Shown one piece after another: positions 9,928-20,019 of a DNA stretch of 64,000 nucleotides. Numbering within the stretch: the first letter of the stretch is position 1; every line of letters begins with the position of its first letter. Position numbers and translations under genes: made by a program. The notes under the pieces are model-generated. The model made no database searches and was not told the origin of the DNA. It worked only from the letters and a program-made list of their open reading frames with translations. The DNA is from Candidatus Binataceae bacterium. GTDB taxonomy: Bacteria > Desulfobacterota > Binatia > Binatales > Binataceae. The stretch lies in contig JASHPB010000273.1 in NCBI GenBank assembly GCA_030038355.1, forward strand, positions 5,183-69,182, given 5' to 3'.

Positions 9928-10656
9928 ATGCAAAACCAAACAAAAACCGCGGTCGTAACGGGCGCGTCGACGGGGATTGGCGCCGCCCTCGTGAAGGGTT
10001 TTCTCGAGCGAGGATATTCCGTCGTGGCGAACGCCAGGAATTTGACCAAGTCGGACAAATTTGCGCGATCGGAGAGACTGACTCTCGTCGATGGAGACAT
10101 CGGTGACGCCGCTACGGCTGCGCAGATTGTCGAGACTGCGACCAGCACGTTTGGATCTATCGACCTGCTCGTGAATAACGCGGGCATCTTCATCGCCAAG
10201 TCTTTCACAAGCTACACGCCCGAAGATTTCAGAGCCCTCGCTTCTACCAATCTCCAGGGCTTCATCTTCATCACGCAGTTAGCAATAAAGCAGATGCTCG
10301 CTGAGAAATCCGGCGGAAGTATTGTGACCATCACCGCTAGCCTTGCGCAGCATCCGATAGCCGGGGTCAATGGCTCCGTCGCGATGATCACGAAGGGCGG
10401 CCTCGAGTCGATCACACGCCATTTGGCAATGGAGTATGCGAAGGACCAGATCCGCGTGAACGCGGTCGCACCGGGCGTGGTTGATACGCCGTTACACGCG
10501 AATGATCCAAAGGACTTCCTCAAATCCCAGTCCCCAATGGGAACGATCGTCGAGATTTCGGACATCGTCGATGCAGTTTTCTATTTGACTGAAGCGCGCC
10601 ACGTCACGGGCGAGATACTCCACGTCGATGGAGGTGCACATATCGGAAAGTGGTAG
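9928..10656 (+). CDS. SDR-family oxidoreductase (catalytic Tyr position apparently not Tyr)
   Basis: 242 aa with TGASTGIGAA, NNAG and GSVAMITKGGLE where classical SDRs have Y-x-x-x-K. Confidence 0.85.
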   Translation: MQNQTKTAVVTGASTGIGAALVKGFLERGYSVVANARNLTKSDKFARSERLTLVDGDIGDAATAAQIVETATSTFGSIDLLVNNAGIFIAKSFTSYTPEDFRALASTNLQGFIFITQLAIKQMLAEKSGGSIVTITASLAQHPIAGVNGSVAMITKGGLESITRHLAMEYAKDQIRVNAVAPGVVDTPLHANDPKDFLKSQSPMGTIVEISDIVDAVFYLTEARHVTGEILHVDGGAHIGKW

Positions 10657-10751
10657 CCCGGAGCAGTCCCTTCATTCAGCCGGAACAAAGCGAGCGGGAG
10701 TAGCGGCAAATCCGAGGCGGACGTCCGATACTTCCGGCCCACTAGCGGTAG

Positions 10752-11183
10752 CTACTTCACGCTCAGCAGATCGATGTCGAACATCAGCGTAGCGTTGGGC
10801 GGGATGACGCCACCGGCGCCGCTCGCGCCATAGCCCAGGTCTGGCGGTATTATCAGCGTGCGTTTACCGCCGACATGCATGGTGGCAACGCCTTCGTCCC
10901 AGCCCTTGATGACCTGGCCCTCGCCGAGCACGAATGAAAATGGCTCGCCCCTGTCGAGCGAGCTGTCGAACTTCTTACCCTTCTTGCCGTCGACGTACAG
11001 CCAGCCCGTGTAATTGACCGTCACGGTTTGGCCGGCGTGTGGTACCGGTCCGGTGCCCGGTTTGACGTCGATGATGCGCAGGCCACTGGGCGTCGTGACC
11101 TCGCCGGCGGCTGCGGCGGAAGCCAACGGCATTGCAGCGAGTGCGAGGACGATTGCAGACACGAAGATACTCTGGAAGGACAT
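10752..11183 (-). CDS. Exported FKBP-type peptidyl-prolyl cis-trans isomerase
   Basis: 143 aa. Signal peptide ...LASAAAAGE, then the FKBP core VTVNYTGWL..GKKFDSS..RGEPFSFVLGEGQVIKGWDEGV..M.VGGKR.LIIPP.LGYG. Confidence 0.9.
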   Translation of the reverse strand: MSFQSIFVSAIVLALAAMPLASAAAAGEVTTPSGLRIIDVKPGTGPVPHAGQTVTVNYTGWLYVDGKKGKKFDSSLDRGEPFSFVLGEGQVIKGWDEGVATMHVGGKRTLIIPPDLGYGASGAGGVIPPNATLMFDIDLLSVK

Positions 11184-11777
11184 GATGCCTCGTAAGCTGA
11201 AGGTTAGAAGCTAAATCCGCGCATCGGCGCAACCGCCGATTCGATCCGCCCGACATTAGCATCATCGGGGAGGTTGCGGGAGGGGGTATCAGGCTCAGAG
11301 AGTATCAGGCCCAACAATCGATGCGAAAGGTCCGTGGGCACGTCCCGCTTGGTAGAAAGGAAGTCAATGTTTGAGAGGAAGAGCTGGACGTAATCGCTCA
11401 AGCGCGATTACAATTTCGTCGAGTTTCGTGACAAGCTCGGCTTGCGAGGTTGCGTCGCCGTCCAGACCGATCAGTTGGTCGAGTAGCCCCTTTGCAGTGG
11501 TGGCGAGAAGAGAGAGATCGACATCGCCAACTTCTCGATCTGACATGCGCGCCCTAAGGGAGAATACGATTTGCTAGGTTACTAGCAGCGTCGCGATGTC
11601 GCGCGCTGAAGTCAACGCTATGCTCGCGACCAGGGCGCTGGTGAGTCGGGTGCAGTAGTCTGTTTCCTCGAAAAGCTCGATTCTTGAGGAAATCTCTCAA
11701 CGCTGGGCAACCCACTAGTTCGGTGCGAACGAGTGCGATTGGCCGATGTTGAATCGTCAGAAAAGACCTTTGATTTT

Positions 11778-11853
<76 letters not shown>

Positions 11854-11885
11854 ACCGTCGAAGCATGTTCTCGTAGCAGGATGCG

Positions 11886-11962
11886 TGGGGTGAGTGAAGG
11901 GATTTGAACCCTCGACCACCGGAGCCACAATCCGGTGCTCTGCCAACTGAGCTACACTCACC
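11886..11962 (-). tRNA. tRNA-His (anticodon GUG) with encoded G-1, CCA encoded
   Basis: Reverse complement: GGTGAGTGTAGCTCAGTTGGCAGAGCACCGGATTGTGGCTCCGGTGGTCGAGGGTTCAAATCCCTTCACTCACCCCA. Anticodon loop TTGTGGC. The extra 5' G pairs with discriminator C. Confidence 0.92.
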
Positions 11963-12023
11963 TCTGATTCCGTCCGCGCCTCTCCTTGCTCTCCGTTCGG
12001 TCCGTTCCAAGTAGCGGCTTGCA

Positions 12024-12100
<77 letters not shown>

Positions 12101-12106
12101 GTTTTA

Positions 12107-12180
12107 TCGGGGCGAGCCGATTTGAACGGCCGACCCCCTGCTCCCAAGGCAGGTGCGCTACCAGGCTGCGCCACGCCCCG
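12107..12180 (-). tRNA. tRNA-Pro (anticodon UGG), CCA not encoded
   Basis: Reverse complement: CGGGGCGTGGCGCAGCCTGGTAGCGCACCTGCCTTGGGAGCAGGGGGTCGGCCGTTCAAATCGGCTCGCCCCGA. Anticodon loop CTTGGGA. The 3' end is followed by TAA, not CCA. Confidence 0.92.
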
Positions 12181-12746
12181 AACTTTAAAGAGGTACCACA
12201 GCGAAAATCGCCTCTCAAGAATTAATTCCGAATTACGTCGGGATGCGCGCAACTACGGCGAACGCCAGATCACTGCGGCAGTCGTGAACTCACTGCAGGT
12301 CCATCGCGATTCATGCACGGGCGCTACAATGATGCAGATCGACGATCGCCGTTCGCATCGTGCAAATCAGGCTGTATGCTCGAAAAGGTTCGATTTTCGC
12401 GGTCTGCGCCGGACCGGGCATCGCAAATCGAGAAGTTCAGCGAACCGCCAGCGGCCATTCGCCAACGGTTTTCCGCAGGCACGGACATTGCTCGGTATAT
12501 TTGTGCGCTGCATCTCCTCCCCCGAGACAATCAGCGCCTGTCCCCAAGCAAAGGCCGGGCTATCGCACCGTTGGCTCCCCACCCGCGGTCCCCACATGGT
12601 AGCCCGGCCGTTCTTTATGCCGTGCACGGGACAACCTACCGATTCGCAAATCTTGCCTGAAGGACTCGCTGCGACGCGTCGTCGGTTCTCTGCTAGATTG
12701 CGGTTTCGGTGACCAATCCACCTGCTGAGTCTCAAGCGGAGGAGTC

Positions 12747-13736
12747 ATGCCGGATACGCGACCATTGAGAATCGGGACACTCGGCGCGGCGCGAATCACA
12801 CCCAATGCGTTGATCAAACCCGCCGAGCAGGTCCGCGATGCTCAAATCACAGCAGTCGCCGCACGCAATCCTAAACGCGCCGAGGAATTCGCTCACAGCC
12901 ACAAGATCCCGCGCGTGCTCCCGACTTACGAAGCACTGATTGCCGATCCCGAGATCGACGTCATCTACAATCCTCTGCCGAATTCGCATCACGCCGAATG
13001 GACGATTCGCGCGCTGCGGGCCGGTAAACACGTGCTCTGCGAGAAACCGCTTGCGTCAAATGCCGCCGAGGCCGAGCAGATGACCCGTGTGGCAGCCGAG
13101 ACAGGCAGATTCCTCGGCGAGGCGTTCCATTATCGCTACCATCCTCTCGCCGACCGCGTGAAGGCGATTATCAGCGGCGGCGAGCTCGGCAAGCTGCGCT
13201 ATGTCGAAGGGAATTTCACCGTGCCGATTCCGCCCGACAATATCCGCTATGACTGGATCCTTGCTGGCGGTGCAACGATGGACCTCGGATGCTATCCGCT
13301 GCACATGATTCGCTATTTCTCCGGCATGACGCCGCGAGTCGTGCGCGCGGCGGCGCGAACCGGGCCCGAAAATATCGACGTAGCGATGGATGTGCAGATG
13401 GATTTAGGCGAGGGCGCCACGGCGCGGATGGCGTGCGCGATGGCGCAGGATTCGCAAATAATGGCGAACTTCATCGCGCGTGGCGATCGCGGCGAGATCA
13501 CTGTCATCAATCCGATAGCGCCCCAGATGGGGCATCAGCTCACGATCAAAACGAACGCTGGCGAGAAACAGGAATCGGTGCCCGGCGACAGTTCGTATAT
13601 GCACCAGTTGCGCGCGTATATTGCGGCTCTTCGCGGCCAGGGAGAATTTCCGACCGACGGCGCCGATGGCGTAATCGGCATGCGCGTCATCGACGATGTC
13701 TACCGCGCCGCCGGATTGCCGCCGCGCGGCACCTGA
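12747..13736 (+). CDS. Gfo/Idh/MocA-family oxidoreductase
   Basis: 329 aa. N-terminal Rossmann LRIGTLGAARI, and the EKP motif in AGKHVLCEKPLA. GGAGGAG lies upstream of the ATG. Confidence 0.88.
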   Translation: MPDTRPLRIGTLGAARITPNALIKPAEQVRDAQITAVAARNPKRAEEFAHSHKIPRVLPTYEALIADPEIDVIYNPLPNSHHAEWTIRALRAGKHVLCEKPLASNAAEAEQMTRVAAETGRFLGEAFHYRYHPLADRVKAIISGGELGKLRYVEGNFTVPIPPDNIRYDWILAGGATMDLGCYPLHMIRYFSGMTPRVVRAAARTGPENIDVAMDVQMDLGEGATARMACAMAQDSQIMANFIARGDRGEITVINPIAPQMGHQLTIKTNAGEKQESVPGDSSYMHQLRAYIAALRGQGEFPTDGADGVIGMRVIDDVYRAAGLPPRGT

Positions 13737-14407
13737 TCGAATGAGCACCTGAGCAGCGTGAAATCGTCGGGTAGCTCTGGCGCCTCGACCTCGAGCAGCT
13801 GTGCCCGATCGACCATTGTCTTCCATACCTTGGCGGGATCTTCGCTGAACACCATGTCCACGTTGGCCGGCACCGTGTACCACGAGCCTTCCTGGATTTC
13901 AGCGTGGAGCTGATCGCGAGTCCACTGAGCGCGTCCCATGATAAGCCGCATGTCGTCGCCAGTCTTCGGATTCTCCAGCAAACCGTTTACCAGGTCGGGG
14001 TTGGTGACGAGATACAGATCATCGAGCAGGTGTGCGACGTTGCTCGGCACACCATTGCCGCGCATGACGATCGACGCCGTCTCTGGCTCCACTGGACCGC
14101 CAAGGAAGGCGTCATCTGCGACTCCTTTCAGCGCCGCAGCTTTGGGAAAGAGCCGCTTCACCTCAACATCGGTCGGGTGGTTGACGATAAGGCCGACGAC
14201 GAGCTCAGGTGGCTCGCCGGGCGGCAACATCAGAATAACCGAATGTTGGAACACCGGGTCGGACAAGTCGGCCGTCGCCACCAGGAAGTACGGCTTGTCG
14301 TCTGCCGAGGCGGCTGCCGTGATCGCTAATACAATCACGAGCGCGGCCAGTGTCGCGCGCCGGATGGTGAAGCGCCTGAGAATCGGCCAGTCGAAGAATC
14401 TGCCCAT
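13700..14407 (-). CDS. YqgE/AlgH-family protein with an N-terminal signal-peptide-like extension
   Basis: 235 aa. The core FLVATADLSDPVFQHSVILML...GLIVNHP...FLGGPVEPE...LIMGRAQWTRDQLHAEIQEGSWY is AlgH-like. The N-terminus ends in AALVIVLAITAAASA-DD. The 3' end overlaps the convergent gene by 37 nt. Confidence 0.8.
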   Translation of the reverse strand: MGRFFDWPILRRFTIRRATLAALVIVLAITAAASADDKPYFLVATADLSDPVFQHSVILMLPPGEPPELVVGLIVNHPTDVEVKRLFPKAAALKGVADDAFLGGPVEPETASIVMRGNGVPSNVAHLLDDLYLVTNPDLVNGLLENPKTGDDMRLIMGRAQWTRDQLHAEIQEGSWYTVPANVDMVFSEDPAKVWKTMVDRAQLLEVEAPELPDDFTLLRCSFDQVPRGGNPAAR

Positions 14408-14549
14408 GGTTGACGCTCGCGCTTGATCACTCCAAGGTTACGCCTTTTTATTTCCCCGATCATAGCGCTGGTAAAACATGCGCGCTGGACGACGCCGCGG
14501 TTGGATGTATAAGAAATCTGGCGCCACTTCCTTCAAAGGAGAATCGACG

Positions 14550-15434
14550 ATGGCCAGCGAGCAGAATCGGAAAGTTATCGAGCTAATCAAGTCCCGCCCG
14601 GCGGATCCGGACGCTTCGATCGACCGGCGTCGGCGCGGCATGGAAAAAATCTCCGAGCACGTGGCCGCGGACGTTGTATGCACGCCGGTCGATGTGGCAG
14701 GCATTCACGGCGAATGGGTCGCGGCGCCTGGAGCGGCGGCCGATCACGCGATCTTGTATCTGCACGGTGGTGGCTACGTCAGCGGTTCGATCGTGACGCA
14801 TCGCGCGATGGTCGCGCGCATCTCGCGCGCTTCAGGAGCGCGTGCGCTGATAATCGAGTACCGGCTCGCCCCCGAGCATCCGTTTCCAGCAGCGCTCGAT
14901 GATGCCGTCAAGGCATACCACTGGATGCTCGCGCAGGGCCTCAAGCCCGGTCGCATCGTTATCATGGGCGATTCTGCAGGCGGAGGCTTGGCAATCGCGA
15001 CGCTGCTCAAGCTCCGCGACGACAAGGCTCCGATGCCAGCGGCAGGCGTTGGGATTTCACCGTGGACCGATCTTGAAGGCACGGGAGCATCCGTGCGCAC
15101 GCGCGCGGCGGTCGATCCGATGGTCGCGGCCGGCAACCTCACAGATTCGGCCAAGTCCTATTACGGCAAGCAGGATCCGAAGAATCCTTTGATATCGGAG
15201 ATCCACGCCGATTTCCGGGGAATCCCGCCACTCCTGATTCATGTCGGTGACGCTGAGATTCTGCTCGATGATTCAACGCGGATCGCCGAGCGCGCGAAAG
15301 CCGCCGGGGTCAAGGTCGAGCTTGAGGTTTGGCCGGAGATGGTTCACGTGTGGCACGTGTTTGCAAAGATCCTGCCGGAAGGTCAGCAGGCGATCGATAA
15401 GATCGGCGCGTACGTGCGGGCGTATACGGCGTAG
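14550..15434 (+). CDS. Alpha/beta hydrolase, hormone-sensitive-lipase-type esterase
   Basis: HGGGY oxyanion motif and GDSAGG nucleophile elbow. I prefer ATG 14550 (AAAGGAGAATCGACGATG) over the ORF-track start at 14478. Confidence 0.85.
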   Translation: MASEQNRKVIELIKSRPADPDASIDRRRRGMEKISEHVAADVVCTPVDVAGIHGEWVAAPGAAADHAILYLHGGGYVSGSIVTHRAMVARISRASGARALIIEYRLAPEHPFPAALDDAVKAYHWMLAQGLKPGRIVIMGDSAGGGLAIATLLKLRDDKAPMPAAGVGISPWTDLEGTGASVRTRAAVDPMVAAGNLTDSAKSYYGKQDPKNPLISEIHADFRGIPPLLIHVGDAEILLDDSTRIAERAKAAGVKVELEVWPEMVHVWHVFAKILPEGQQAIDKIGAYVRAYTA

Positions 15435-15783
15435 TCAATTTCGCTTGACAGGGCGCAGGTGCCCAGCGTGTTCCGCGGCAGCGTCGTAGAAGGCGGCCTC
15501 CTACTCGAGAATAACGCTATATCGATCGATATCGGCTCAGCCGACGGCTCCTGCACGGGAATGTCGCTGGGCGCGAATTGATCATCGAGCGGAACGCGGC
15601 TCAAATCGATGTTGACGGCAACCACATCGTTGGGCCGCTGCTTGCCAAAACGGTCCAATGGTCAGTGGCGCTGGCAACTCGGCCCAGATCAAAACGAGGG
15701 TGTGCGTTTCGTTCTAACTCCTCGAGCAGCCAAAGCCAGGTTACTGGAGGCGATTTCTCGATGGGTCATTTCGGCAGCGAGTA

Positions 15784-17226
15784 TTAATCCACAGCTGGAA
15801 ACGGTGGATGCTTGCGTACCCAGCCGGTGACCTGATCGTAGGCGTGCGCGAGTTGGAGACACGCGAACTCGCTGTGGTTCGGCGCGACGATTTGCATCCC
15901 CATCGGGAGACCGCCTGCACCGAATCCCGCGGGAACCGCGAGCGACGGGCATCCTGACATCGTGACCGGGATCATCACCTCCATCCAGCGATGATAAGTG
16001 TCCATCGCGCGCTTATTGATTTCCTTCGGCCAGTGCGTCGTCGCATCGAATGGAAACACCTGTCCGGCGGGCAGAATCCAGTAATCGTATTTCTCGAACA
16101 TCGCGCGCACGGCCTGGTACCAGCGCGTGCGCACCGTCGACGCGTCCGCGATCTCGGCGGCTGAGATCCCGAGCCCGCACTCGACTTCCCACCGCGCCTC
16201 GGGCTTGAGCATCGCGCGTCGCGCGGGGTCGCCGTACGGCGCCTTCAGTAGTGCGCACACCTGCCACGCGCGAATCTTGAGCCAGTTGCGCCACACTTCC
16301 TCGATCGGGAAGTCAGGCGCGGTCTCCTCGACGGTGCATCCCAAATCAGTGAGTGTCTTCACCGCGCGATCGCACAAATCGAGCACGCCGGGCTCAAATG
16401 ACAGGTAGCCGGCGAAATCGCGGCTCCATGCGATTCGCACGCGTTTGAATTCGCGATCAAGCGGCACGAGGAACTTCGCTGGTTCCTCGTGAATCGAGAG
16501 CGGCACACGTGGATCGTAACCGCTAATTACAGAAAGCAAGTGAGCGAGGTCCGCGATGGTCCGGGCCATCGGCCCATGAACTGAAAGCGACGGCATGAAA
16601 ACCTCGTGGATGTCCGCAGGCACACGGCCAAACGAGGTGCGAAACCCAAAGACGTTGTTGAACGCCGCGGGATTGCGGAGCGAGCCGCCATGATCGCTGC
16701 CGTCGGCCACTGGAACCATCCTGAGCGCTATCGCTACCGCCGCGCCGCCGCTGCTTCCGCCGCAGGTCTTTGAAGCGTCGTAAGGATTCAGCGTCGTGCC
16801 GAAGACCGGGTTGTAGCTCTGCGAACCGAGGCCGAACTCAGGGACGTTGGTCTTGCCGATTATGATCGCGCCCGCGCGCTTGATGCGCTCGACGAGGATC
16901 GAATCGATCTTCGGGATGAAGTTCTTGAAAATCGGCGAGCCGAGCGTCGTGCGGATGCCCACAGTCGGTTCGAGGTCTTTGATTGCGTGTGGGAAGCCAT
17001 GCATCCAGCCGCGATACTCGCCTCGCGCAAGCTCCGCATCACGTTCGCCCGCCTCGGCAACGAGCGACTCGCGATCGCGAAGCGAAACGATCGCGTTGAC
17101 GCGCGGATTGAGGCGCTCGATTCGATCGAGATAGGCGTTCATCACCTCGACGCATGAAACTTTGCGATCCTTGATCGCGGCGGAAAGCGCGACGGCGTCG
17201 AGTGCGGTGATTTCGCCCGTGGACAT
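15784..17226 (-). CDS. Amidase (amidase-signature family)
   Basis: GGSSGGAAVAIA signature with a KD... Ser-Ser-Lys context. I prefer the internal ATG at 17226 (MSTGEITALDAV...). The 70 upstream codons are Arg/His-rich and would overlap the divergent gene. Confidence 0.88.
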   Translation of the reverse strand: MSTGEITALDAVALSAAIKDRKVSCVEVMNAYLDRIERLNPRVNAIVSLRDRESLVAEAGERDAELARGEYRGWMHGFPHAIKDLEPTVGIRTTLGSPIFKNFIPKIDSILVERIKRAGAIIIGKTNVPEFGLGSQSYNPVFGTTLNPYDASKTCGGSSGGAAVAIALRMVPVADGSDHGGSLRNPAAFNNVFGFRTSFGRVPADIHEVFMPSLSVHGPMARTIADLAHLLSVISGYDPRVPLSIHEEPAKFLVPLDREFKRVRIAWSRDFAGYLSFEPGVLDLCDRAVKTLTDLGCTVEETAPDFPIEEVWRNWLKIRAWQVCALLKAPYGDPARRAMLKPEARWEVECGLGISAAEIADASTVRTRWYQAVRAMFEKYDYWILPAGQVFPFDATTHWPKEINKRAMDTYHRWMEVMIPVTMSGCPSLAVPAGFGAGGLPMGMQIVAPNHSEFACLQLAHAYDQVTGWVRKHPPFPAVD

Positions 17227-17292
17227 CGTGGACTCGACGAGAAAGTAGCGTTTGTGCGGCGATCGCGGCAACGCTAGCTTTGCCGTCGGAGT

Positions 17293-17691
17293 ATGGCGAT
17301 GGCGAAAGCCGATCCATTTGACCGTCTGCGCAAGATTGTTCTCGCGCTTCCAAACGTGATCGAGAAGGAAGCGTGGGGCGAGCCGACCTTCCGCGCGCCG
17401 GGCGGGATGTTCGCGATGTACGTCAACAATCATCACAACGACGGACGCGTCGCGATCTGGTGCAAGGCTCCCCTCGGTTACCAGGCGACGATGGTCGGTC
17501 TCGCGCCTGAGCGCTTCTTCTCGCCGCCATACATGGGTGTCAGCGGATGGGTCGGGCTCAGGCTGGACGTTGACGTTGACTGGGACGAAGTTCGCGTCGT
17601 CGTGCAGCAGGCGTACAAGATGAGCACTGAAAAAACCAAACCGCGCCGCATTACGCGGCCCGCGACATCGCGAATCCGAAAAGCGCGCTGA
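17293..17691 (+). CDS. MmcQ/YjbR-family protein
   Basis: 132 aa. The pattern LALPNV.EKEAWGEPTFRA.GGMFAM......V..WCKAP......PPYMGVSGWVGLRLD is recalled as YjbR-like. Confidence 0.65.
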   Translation: MAMAKADPFDRLRKIVLALPNVIEKEAWGEPTFRAPGGMFAMYVNNHHNDGRVAIWCKAPLGYQATMVGLAPERFFSPPYMGVSGWVGLRLDVDVDWDEVRVVVQQAYKMSTEKTKPRRITRPATSRIRKAR

Positions 17692-17702
17692 GGAGTTCTC
17701 TT

Positions 17703-18587
17703 ATGAAAGTCGGAGTCTTTTCGCTTGCGAGCGGGATAACCAAAGGCACGGCGCTCACGAAAGCGCTCGCGTCCAACGCGGAGCGTCTCGGGTTCTCGAC
17801 CATCTGGGTGCCCGAGCACGTAGTCCTGCTCGACAAGTACGCCTCGAAATATCCGTACAGCGAGAATGGAATCCTGCCGGCGCCGACCAACGCGCCGATT
17901 TGCGATCCGTTCATCAGCCTCACCGCGATGGCGGCTGCCACCGAGAAGATTCGTCTCGCCACCGGTATCTGTCTTGTGCCCGAGCACAATCCTCTCGTGC
18001 TGGCCAAGGTCGTCGCGACGCTCGATTATCTGAGCGAGGGACGCGTCGCGCTCGGCGTCGGAATCGGATGGCTTGAAGAGGAGTTCGTCGCGATCGGAAT
18101 TCCCTGGGAGCGTCGAGCGCAGCGTACACGCGAATGTATCGAAGCGATGCGCAAGCTGTGGGGCGACGAGATCAGCGCGTATCACGGCGAGTTCGTGACC
18201 TTCGACGGCGTGCGCTCATATCCGAAGCCGGTCAGTGGTGCCAAGTTGCCAATCATCTTCGGCGGCGAGAGCGGACCCGCGCTCAAACGCGTCGCCGAAT
18301 ACGGCAACGGATGGTTCGGCTTCAACCTGACGCCTCCTGAAGCTGCGGAGAAGATCAGAAAACTCGAGCTGCTTGTGAAGGCTGCGGGCCGCAAGTTCTC
18401 CGAGGTTGAACTAATCGTTTCGCCGAGCGGGAAGCCAATCACGCCCGACGATCTGAAGCGCTACCGCGATTTGGGAGTTTCGGAAGTGGTGCTTACGAAT
18501 GTCGGGCTTCCGCGCTCGCCGGCGGACGCGTCGAAGATGCTCGAGGATGCGGCGCGCAAGTGGCTCGAGCCCGCATCGAAGCTCTGA
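17703..18587 (+). CDS. LLM-class (luciferase-like) oxidoreductase, probable F420-dependent type
   Basis: 294 aa with STIWVPEHVV, GICLVPEHNPLVLAK, LDYLSEGRVALGVGIGW, PKPVSG.KLPIIFGG. Confidence 0.8.
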   Translation: MKVGVFSLASGITKGTALTKALASNAERLGFSTIWVPEHVVLLDKYASKYPYSENGILPAPTNAPICDPFISLTAMAAATEKIRLATGICLVPEHNPLVLAKVVATLDYLSEGRVALGVGIGWLEEEFVAIGIPWERRAQRTRECIEAMRKLWGDEISAYHGEFVTFDGVRSYPKPVSGAKLPIIFGGESGPALKRVAEYGNGWFGFNLTPPEAAEKIRKLELLVKAAGRKFSEVELIVSPSGKPITPDDLKRYRDLGVSEVVLTNVGLPRSPADASKMLEDAARKWLEPASKL

Positions 18588-18631
18588 TCTTCTGGGTGGC
18601 GGCGGGCGTCACCGCCCTCATTCAAATCAAC

Positions 18632-18656
18632 GCGGGCGGCGCGATGCGCCGCCCGC
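18632..18656. terminator. Perfect 11-bp GC hairpin between convergent genes (no U-tract)
   Basis: GCGGGCGGCGC-gat-GCGCCGCCCGC read directly. It sits between the stops at 18587 (+) and 18678 (-). Confidence 0.35.
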
Positions 18657-18677
18657 CGCGCGAATCCACCAGTTCTT

Positions 18678-20000
18678 TTACGCGAGCCCGGCTTCCTTCA
18701 GCGGTCCGCGATCCGAAACCGGCACGCGTTTGGCGCCGGCCTGGATCTTCGACTGCCCCGGCGTGCGCTCGAGCGCATCGACGAGGCCCAACTTGTTCGC
18801 ATGCTCCTTCAGTTCCGGCATAACCTCCTGCGCGATGAGGCGCATGCTGGTCTGCCGATCCTGGTTGCTCACTGGTCCCTGGACGTTGAACATCACGACC
18901 GAACCCGGTCGAATCACGCTCAGGATCGTCTTCATCTTGTCAATTACGTTCTTCGGATTGCCGATGATGAGCTGAAGCTGCTGCTGCGATCGCTTGTAAC
19001 CGGGTTCCAGCTTGCGATGGATTTCCTCGGCGTCGATAATGCGTTCCTCGGTGTGACCGCGGAGCTTTTCGCCGCTGATGCCGAGCCAGCTACCCTGCGG
19101 CTGCTTGGCGAGGCGCCGGATCGCGTCCTTCGAATTGTAGCCCGGCGGGAGGGTGTGCTCGACGCGCGCGAAACTGTTTTGCCCGCCGCCAAAAAGGAAC
19201 CCCTTGCCGAGTTCCTGCGCTTTCTCCTCCGTCTCGGCGACGAAGGTCGGCACGACGTAGCCAAAATTCTCCGGTCCAGCCTGATAGCCGGCTTTCTGCG
19301 CGGTATCCGCGTAGAACTCCCAGAGATCGCATGTTGGGCCGAGCGAAGTGCCGAGGCCGAAATAGGGATAGCCGTGCTCGGCGCACCATTGCACCGTCTC
19401 GGGGCTGAGTACGCCGGGGATCCACATCGGAGGATGCGGCTTCTGATAGGGCAGCGCCCACGGATTCACGTGGCGATAGTGAAAGTGCTTGCCCTCGTAG
19501 CGCCACGGTCCGGGCTTGGTCCACGCTTGCACGATAAAGTCGTGCGCTTCCTCGAAGTATTCGCGGTTGTAGGCGGGATTCGCGTTGTTGAAGAACTGTT
19601 CGCTGCCCGCGCCACGGACCCATCCCGTAATGAGGCGGCCACGTGAGATCAGATCGATCTCGGCCAGCTCTTCGGCCATCCGTAGCGGATGCTTGATAAC
19701 CGGGAGTGGGTTGCCGATCAAGAGGATGCGAGCTCTCTTGGTGAGCCGCGCCAGTATGCCCGCTTCCACGTTCATCACGCTTCCCATGCAGAACGGGTTG
19801 CCATGATGCTCGTTGAGGGCGACGATGTCGAAGCCGAGTTCCTCGGCATACAGGTTCTCGTCGATCCAGTAGTTGTACTCATCTGCCGCCTTCTCGCGAT
19901 CGTAATACTTGTTCGACACGCCGAAGTGCGCGCCGTTTTTCAAGATCACTTCTTCCGGCAGCCAGCGGACGGGACGTTCGGTGAAATATCCAATCTTCAT
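18678..20000 (-). CDS. LLM-class flavin-dependent oxidoreductase (paralogue of 27048-28391)
   Basis: 440 aa with NEHHGNPFCMGSVMNVEA, GWVRGAGSEQ, NNANPAYNREYFEE, QKPHPPMWIPG. Confidence 0.9.
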   Translation of the reverse strand: MKIGYFTERPVRWLPEEVILKNGAHFGVSNKYYDREKAADEYNYWIDENLYAEELGFDIVALNEHHGNPFCMGSVMNVEAGILARLTKRARILLIGNPLPVIKHPLRMAEELAEIDLISRGRLITGWVRGAGSEQFFNNANPAYNREYFEEAHDFIVQAWTKPGPWRYEGKHFHYRHVNPWALPYQKPHPPMWIPGVLSPETVQWCAEHGYPYFGLGTSLGPTCDLWEFYADTAQKAGYQAGPENFGYVVPTFVAETEEKAQELGKGFLFGGGQNSFARVEHTLPPGYNSKDAIRRLAKQPQGSWLGISGEKLRGHTEERIIDAEEIHRKLEPGYKRSQQQLQLIIGNPKNVIDKMKTILSVIRPGSVVMFNVQGPVSNQDRQTSMRLIAQEVMPELKEHANKLGLVDALERTPGQSKIQAGAKRVPVSDRGPLKEAGLA

Positions 20001-20019
20001 GGTATCCGCACCTCGTTAT

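Noticed and set aside
11204-11546. Two overlapping small minus-strand ORFs, both starting MSD (60 and 65 aa), possibly one frameshifted gene
   Set aside because: There is no SD, third-position GC is only about 55 percent by hand count, and no family is recognised. This is not enough support to call a gene or a pseudogene.
15349-15365. Sigma-54 promoter-like TGGCACGTGTTTGCA (relevant because a sigma-54 activator is encoded at the left edge)
   Set aside because: The GG-to-GC spacing is 9 nt instead of 10, and the site lies inside the esterase coding region. A similar GG-N11-GC upstream of poxB (about 8040-8057) is also off by one.
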